DNA of 45,208 nucleotides. Source: an uncultured Spirochaetota bacterium (lineage in GTDB: Bacteria; Spirochaetota; Spirochaetia; SZUA-6; Fen-1364). The notes beneath the pieces were generated by a model. The model saw only the letters and a program-made list of their open reading frames with translations. It was not told the origin of the DNA and made no database searches. The first letter of the stretch is position 1; every line of letters starts with the position of its first letter. A program made the position numbers and the translations under genes. Below are positions 40,029 to 45,208 of the stretch, piece by piece. Location of the stretch: positions 1-45,208 of the forward strand of contig CAWGAA010000004.1 in the NCBI GenBank assembly GCA_963820525.1. The letters run 5' to 3'.

Positions 40029-41006
40029 TTATGTCTCCTCCGGCACAACCTGCTTCCTCGCCCGCTCCGCCATCTGGCGCAGCTCATCGAAGAGCTGTCC
40101 CTGCAGGGGGACGGCGCGATGGAAGACCTCTGCAATGACGGCGAGCCACCCGAAGATGAAATACAGCCAGCCATCCTCCACGTGGAGTCCTTTTGCCTGT
40201 TCTTGAGCCCGGGCCTGGCGCAGGAAATCGAGCTCTCCACGATAGTTAAAATCCCAGGCAAACCCGCCTCCAGGGAAGACCGCGGCATCGGTGATCGGGG
40301 AGCCCGGCGCGTCTTTGCCCAGGCCGGTGGCGTTTACGACAAGGGATCCCGCGGAAAGCCTGGCCATGATCGCATCATTATCCGCCGGGGAAGGGGTCAA
40401 AACGTACTCCACCGGGACCGTGAGCGATTGCTTGGAGTGTATCGCCTTTATCTCTTGCAACCGGCCGGGACTGCGGTTTGATACGAAGATGCGTGAGGGA
40501 CGGTTCTTCCCGTGTCTCTCGCTGGCCAGGTGGAAGCTCAGCGCGATACTCGAGCCTCCCGCTCCGAGGATGAACGCATCGGCGTGCGTGCTTTCCCAGT
40601 GTCCGTTTGGGAGAAAAGCCGCGAGGGCGCGTCCGCTGCTGATGGGGTCCTTTGCCGCACCCAGCAGGCGACCGTCCCGCTTCGCGATCGAGCTCACCTC
40701 GCCCATCAAGGAAGCGAAGTCGTCCAGCTCGTCGAACATGCCCCTGCAGGCGTGGAGGAGATCGATCTTGTGGGTCGTGACGAGCGCTCCCAAGGAGAGA
40801 GGATCGTCGCGGATGAAGCTGACGACCTGCCGGTAACGCTCGGGCTTGTCGTGGAGCGCCAGGTCGATTCCCTTGATCTCGCAATCTCCGAGATCGAGGG
40901 CGTGCGCCCACGAGGGGAAAACATGTATGATCATTGACTTGGTCGTGCTCACCCCAATAAAGTATATCGTTGGGCGGCTTGCTGGCAGCAGCTTCAGATC
41001 ACTCAC
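40029..41006 (-). CDS. Shikimate dehydrogenase-like NAD(P)-dependent oxidoreductase
   Basis: GALVTTHK, ILGAGGS, VNATGLGKD.PGSP, WDFNYRG and EDGWLYF motifs; lacks the canonical AroE HSLSP and NTD motifs. Confidence 0.75.
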   Translation of the reverse strand: MSDLKLLPASRPTIYFIGVSTTKSMIIHVFPSWAHALDLGDCEIKGIDLALHDKPERYRQVVSFIRDDPLSLGALVTTHKIDLLHACRGMFDELDDFASLMGEVSSIAKRDGRLLGAAKDPISSGRALAAFLPNGHWESTHADAFILGAGGSSIALSFHLASERHGKNRPSRIFVSNRSPGRLQEIKAIHSKQSLTVPVEYVLTPSPADNDAIMARLSAGSLVVNATGLGKDAPGSPITDAAVFPGGGFAWDFNYRGELDFLRQARAQEQAKGLHVEDGWLYFIFGWLAVIAEVFHRAVPLQGQLFDELRQMAERARKQVVPEET

Positions 41007-41020
41007 ATTCTACCTTCACA

Positions 41021-41049
41021 TCATAATGTTTTATGAATTATTATCATAA
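41021..41049. promoter_or_regulatory. Putative repressor operator of three TCATAA/TTATGA half-sites
   Basis: TCATAA(41021-26)-4-TTATGA(41031-36)-7-TCATAA(41044-49), overlapping the leftward -10. Confidence 0.55.
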
Positions 41050-41071
41050 CATAGCATTTTGAACCTGTCAA
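41043..41071 (-). promoter_or_regulatory. Sigma70 promoter for the leftward oxidoreductase operon
   Basis: TTGACA(41071-66)-17-TATGAT(41048-43). Confidence 0.75.
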
Positions 41072-41257
41072 GATACAGTTTCGCTATCTTTCAATATAAT
41101 TCAACAGAAAAAAATACAATACGCTAAGCTTCCCCAACCATATTAGAACTACCCTGCCGGACCATACAGTTGCTCCAAGAATAGCGATCGCGTTGCATGG
41201 GATATAGCGCGTTGTATTTCTCGATTCTCCGGCACGATGGGGAACGTACCCAAAAAG

Positions 41258-41286
41258 TTGACAGATTCTAGGTCGTGCTCTATAAT
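41258..41286 (+). promoter_or_regulatory. Perfect-consensus sigma70 promoter
   Basis: TTGACA(41258-63)-17-TATAAT(41281-86), with an A-tract immediately upstream. Confidence 0.85.
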
Positions 41287-41576
41287 CGATAACATATGAA
41301 AATCAATATGGTCATTCGCTAAACAACTTAGGTAAACAACAATAAAAAAGAATCCGGAGGTGTAAAAAGGATTTTATCATGTCGTGGTTAATCTGTGAGG
41401 GGGTGTGGGCCAGGCTCGCCACGGCAGCGAGAGGCGCCGAGCAAGAGCAGATCGGGTTGGAGACGAGCGTCATGCCTTTTTCTGGTCCGCGCACCCGCCG
41501 GCACTGAAGCCGCCGTCACCACATTCCGCTGCAGGAGGCAGGGCCCATCTGAAGCATAGACAGAGGAGAAATTGCC

Positions 41577-42434
41577 ATGATCAAATACGGTTCCCACACC
41601 TTCCTTTGGATCGATGAATGGACGCTGGAGAAAGGTCAATCGGCCATCACGGGTGCCCGCGATGCCGGCTTTGACTTCATCGAGATCTCCCTCATGAGGC
41701 CGGACGAGTTTGACCCGGCTGCAAACAGGAAGATGCTTGCCGACGCCGGGCTGGAAGCCACCGCTTCGCTCGTGTTGCCGGATTGGGCCCACCTGCCGGA
41801 ACAGCCGCAGAAAGCGAAGCACTACCTGGTCGCGGCGCTCGACAAGGTGGAGGCCCTCGGTGCTTCGTACCTCTGCGGTTGTATCGCTTTCGCTTTGGGC
41901 AAGTTCACCGGCGCACCGCCGAGTCGGGCCGAGCGCCAGGTGGTCATTGACACGTTGGGCGAGGTGGCACGGGAAGCCAAGAAACGGGGGATTAACCTCG
42001 GAATGGAAGTGGTAAACCGCTACGAATCCCACCTGTACAACACGCTGATCGATGCGCGGGAGACAATCCTGGCCATCGGGGCTGACAATCTCAAACTCCA
42101 TGTTGACACTTACCACATGAACATCGAGGAAAACGGATTCTATAGGCCCTTGGTCGCCTGCGCCGACGTGCTGGGCTATGTGCATATGAGCGAAAACCAC
42201 CGGGGTCTGCTCGGTACCGGAACCGTGAACTGGGATGAGATCTTCAAGGGACTGGTCGACGCGCGCTACAGTGGACCGCTGGTGGTCAAGTCTTTTGCGG
42301 CAGTCAATCCTGGCCTTGCGGCGGCGATCAAGCTGTGGCGACCGCCAAACCAGCCTCCTCACGTCCTGGCGACGGAGGGCTTGAAATTCCTGCGCGAAAA
42401 GGCGGAGAGATTCGGGCTGGGGAAGGAACACTAG
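41577..42434 (+). CDS. D-psicose/D-tagatose 3-epimerase family protein, with a catalytic Glu apparently replaced by Lys
   Basis: MEVVNRYE, HVDTYHMNIEE and YVHMSENHRG motifs; PLVVKSF where the family has E. Confidence 0.85.
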   Translation: MIKYGSHTFLWIDEWTLEKGQSAITGARDAGFDFIEISLMRPDEFDPAANRKMLADAGLEATASLVLPDWAHLPEQPQKAKHYLVAALDKVEALGASYLCGCIAFALGKFTGAPPSRAERQVVIDTLGEVAREAKKRGINLGMEVVNRYESHLYNTLIDARETILAIGADNLKLHVDTYHMNIEENGFYRPLVACADVLGYVHMSENHRGLLGTGTVNWDEIFKGLVDARYSGPLVVKSFAAVNPGLAAAIKLWRPPNQPPHVLATEGLKFLREKAERFGLGKEH

Positions 42435-42452
42435 GGCAAGGCGGATTCGGAC

Positions 42453-43415
42453 CTATCGGCCAATGACTCTCTGTCTTCCAGTGTTTATCAGGATCGCAAT
42501 GAATACAAGCAGTCCCTGCACAAACTCGGTGAAATAGCCGCTGACTCCTCCTGCCCTCACAACCATGACTATCAGTTGAACCAAATAAGCTCCGGCAATG
42601 ACATTGATGAAATTGCCTCTTCCCCCCGTTAAGCTGACCCCCGCTATCACCGGAGCCGCGATAGCGGGCATAAGCCACTCCACCGCAAAACTAGCGGATA
42701 CAAATCCCATTCTCGATGATGAGACATACCCCGCCAACGCGGCGAATAATCCAGAAATCATGAATGAAATGACCCGAATTCTATTGACGGGAATCCCCAT
42801 CGCGCTGCACGCTTCCCTGTTCCCCCCGACCATGTACAGTCTTCTCCCGGTCACCGTACGCCTGGCGAACAGTATCGCAATGATGACGACTACGAGAAAG
42901 AAGAAGACAAGCAACTGAATTGGTCCTATGAATACCCTCCCCAACAACATCCACATATCCGGGAGCCCGGCCTTTGCCACGCCTCGTGTGACAATCAGGA
43001 CAATTCCTTCCAACATCCACCACATCGCTACCGTTTGAACCAACGACGGGATTTTAAGTCTCGTAATCATCACTCCATTACAAAACCCTATTCCGCATCC
43101 CATTAAAAACGTCAATAAGATGGCGGCCGGCACCGGAAAACCTAATTCCCATGAGATTATTCCCGCCATGGGCGAAAACGCGGCCACGGCAACCATGGAA
43201 AGATCAATTTCTCCGACCAGCATGACAAACGTCATTCCGATGGAAAGAAGGCACACTGTTGTTCCTTGGACCAGCACATTTAATAAGATTGCAGACCTGA
43301 AGATTGTGGGAACGAAAATGCCCATCACAAGGTAAATCCCTACGAACAAGAACCATGTATAGTACTCCACTAAACCAGTCCGAACGGCCCCGAGCAAGTA
43401 TCTCGCCGATTTCAA
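42453..43415 (-). CDS. Monosaccharide ABC transporter permease (RbsC-like)
   Basis: GMTFVMLVGEIDLS, GRRLYMVGGN and VIAGVSLTGGRG motifs; TTG start after AGGAGG. Confidence 0.92.
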   Translation of the reverse strand: MKSARYLLGAVRTGLVEYYTWFLFVGIYLVMGIFVPTIFRSAILLNVLVQGTTVCLLSIGMTFVMLVGEIDLSMVAVAAFSPMAGIISWELGFPVPAAILLTFLMGCGIGFCNGVMITRLKIPSLVQTVAMWWMLEGIVLIVTRGVAKAGLPDMWMLLGRVFIGPIQLLVFFFLVVVIIAILFARRTVTGRRLYMVGGNREACSAMGIPVNRIRVISFMISGLFAALAGYVSSSRMGFVSASFAVEWLMPAIAAPVIAGVSLTGGRGNFINVIAGAYLVQLIVMVVRAGGVSGYFTEFVQGLLVFIAILINTGRQRVIGR

Positions 43416-43432
43416 AAGCTTTACCTCCTATC

Positions 43433-44197
43433 TTATGGGAGCATGTGCCTTACTATCTCATCGATGCCGATTTCATCAGTGCGGCCGAAAAACATCTTTT
43501 CACCTCCTCTTAGCACCATTATGTAATGGCTTAATTCCTTGACCAGGTCCAAATCGTGAGAAACTATCACCATGGTAATGTCGCTCTTTTTGTTCACTTC
43601 TCTGAGGAAATCAACGATCTCCTTTCTTCCCTCCAGAGACAGCAGAGTAAAGGATTCGTCCAGGAGGAGGATTTCCGGGTTCGCTTCGATGGCCCTGGTG
43701 ACTGCGATAATTTGTCTTTGCTCCCCGGAGAGTTCTCCTGCTTCCCGCTCTACGTCGAATTCAGGGCCGTATTTCGCGATTGCCTCTGCTGTTAGCTGCT
43801 TCATTTTTCCTATGTCAAGGAACACGAGGGGGCCAATTCTTTTGGTCAGTTCCCTGCCCATGAAGAAATTTTCCCATACCATCGCACTGTCTACTAATTC
43901 CAAAAACTGGTATGCGATCGCTATTCCTATTTTCATCGCGTCAGCTGGACTCTTGAACCTTGTTTTCCTTCCCTCAAGGTAAATTTCTCCGCCGGAGGGC
44001 TGAAGATCACCGCTCAAGATTTTTAGGAGAGTAGACTTCCCGGCACCATTATCGCCAACCAAGCCTAGAATCTTGCCTCTCTCAAGATCGAATGACACAT
44101 TGCTGAGGGCCCTGACCGTGCCGTAATTCTTGGAGATATTCCTCACTTCCATCATAATTCCAGATCCACTCATCCCCGGCAAATCCACTGATCGCAT
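43433..44197 (-). CDS. Single-domain sugar ABC ATPase, copy B
   Basis: Walker A GDNGAGKS; signature LSGEQ; Walker B/D-loop LLLDESFT; H-loop VSHD. Confidence 0.9.
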   Translation of the reverse strand: MRSVDLPGMSGSGIMMEVRNISKNYGTVRALSNVSFDLERGKILGLVGDNGAGKSTLLKILSGDLQPSGGEIYLEGRKTRFKSPADAMKIGIAIAYQFLELVDSAMVWENFFMGRELTKRIGPLVFLDIGKMKQLTAEAIAKYGPEFDVEREAGELSGEQRQIIAVTRAIEANPEILLLDESFTLLSLEGRKEIVDFLREVNKKSDITMVIVSHDLDLVKELSHYIMVLRGGEKMFFGRTDEIGIDEIVRHMLP

Positions 44198-44946
44198 CAG
44201 TTGGCCAAACCCATTGCGAGCTTAAAGATCTTCACCCTGTCGGCGGCTTCGGCATCGAAACGGCCTACAACCTCGCCCCTCCTGAGGACTATCACCTCAT
44301 CGACGAAATCACTCACCTGTTCATACCACTGACTGGTGATGATAATTGAGGTGTCTTTCTCTTCTTTGGCCTTTCTGAGAAGATCAAAAATATCTTTTAT
44401 GACCCTCTTCGATAAACCGTGGGTGGGCTCGTCCAGCAAAAGGATTTGGGGATTCGCATCGATGGCCCTGGTGACTGCGATAATTTGTCTCTGTCCTCCG
44501 GAGAGTTCTCCAATTTCACGCTCTATATCGAATGTATGGCCGTATTTCGCGATCGATTCTGCTGTCAAACGCTTCATCTTCTCCACGTCAAGGAATACAA
44601 GCGGGCCTATTCTTTTGGTCAGTTCCCTGCCCATGAAGAAATTCTCCCACACCTTTGCGATATCCACTAGTTCTAGAAACTGGTACACGATCGCTATACC
44701 TTTTTTCATCGCGTCAGCGGGGCTCTTGAACCGTGCTTCCTTCCCCTTGATGCAAATCTCTCCGTTGGACGGCCGAAGGCCGCCGCTCAATATAGTGAGG
44801 AGAGTAGTTCTCCCGGCGCCATTATCTCCAACCAATCCCAGAATCTTGCCTTTCTCAAGATCAAATGACACGTTACTGAGAGCTCTGACCGTGCCAAAGC
44901 TCTTCGAAATGCTCTTCACCTCCAATAGCGGACCAGCTCCTTGCAT
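44197..44946 (-). CDS. Single-domain sugar ABC ATPase, copy A
   Basis: Walker A GDNGAGRT; signature LSGGQ; LLLDEPT; H-loop replaced by TSQW. Confidence 0.9.
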   Translation of the reverse strand: MQGAGPLLEVKSISKSFGTVRALSNVSFDLEKGKILGLVGDNGAGRTTLLTILSGGLRPSNGEICIKGKEARFKSPADAMKKGIAIVYQFLELVDIAKVWENFFMGRELTKRIGPLVFLDVEKMKRLTAESIAKYGHTFDIEREIGELSGGQRQIIAVTRAIDANPQILLLDEPTHGLSKRVIKDIFDLLRKAKEEKDTSIIITSQWYEQVSDFVDEVIVLRRGEVVGRFDAEAADRVKIFKLAMGLAN

Positions 44947-45208
44947 TGTAAACCCTCGATCCCAATCATCCTCTCAGGAATTGAAGCCCGCCTCTCCTTC
45001 TCTCATCCCGATCAGGTGCAAGCGGGCGCCAGATGCAAGTGTTCGCTCAGCTTCCTGGCACTTCCCGGTTTCATTTCAGAGAGGTTCTAAGTGCCCTCCC
45101 TCTGTGAGTGAATGCGAGCCACAGGATTTACCGGGCTTTCGCCGTACCGGTTTACAAGGTGCACCACATACCTACACTCATCCTTCGGTGAAATGACCTT
45201 GTAACGTA

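Noticed and set aside
44947..45208. End of an upstream gene or RNA leader of the ABC operon
   Set aside because: No frame or structure identifiable at the window edge.
1..45208. CRISPR array, tRNA/rRNA, prophage or anti-phage defence system
   Set aside because: No regularly spaced repeats, cloverleaf or rRNA motifs, or phage/defence hallmark proteins recognised by eye.

Overview
High-GC chromosomal window from a Spirochaetia-like bacterium, inferred from an FlcA-type flagellar collar gene and spirochaetal lipoprotein signal peptides. 1-33.3 kb is mostly intact core or envelope genes: an M30 peptidase plus outer-membrane barrel, a minimal PspA-like protein, a four-gene LPP20/CsgG/FlgT-like envelope operon, apgM, a lipoate ligase, two orphan histidine kinases, a class II ribonucleotide reductase (nrdJ) with a 305-aa intein whose homing endonuclease appears partly deleted, EamA, a GH42-like protein, a PlsC-family acyltransferase, a frameshifted nitroreductase, a CBM48 protein, flcA, ilvE, a 128-bp MITE and ssb. 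33.4-45.2 kb is a visibly more AT-rich, eroding accessory region with a frameshifted lipoprotein, internally deleted gene relics, an IS91-like remnant and sugar catabolism/ABC genes. Best leads: the uncharacterised four-gene envelope operon, and a duplicated ABC ATPase pair with complementary motif degeneration predicting a one-active-site heterodimer. All family calls come from motif recognition by eye; no searches were run. No rRNA, tRNA or CRISPR array was recognised.
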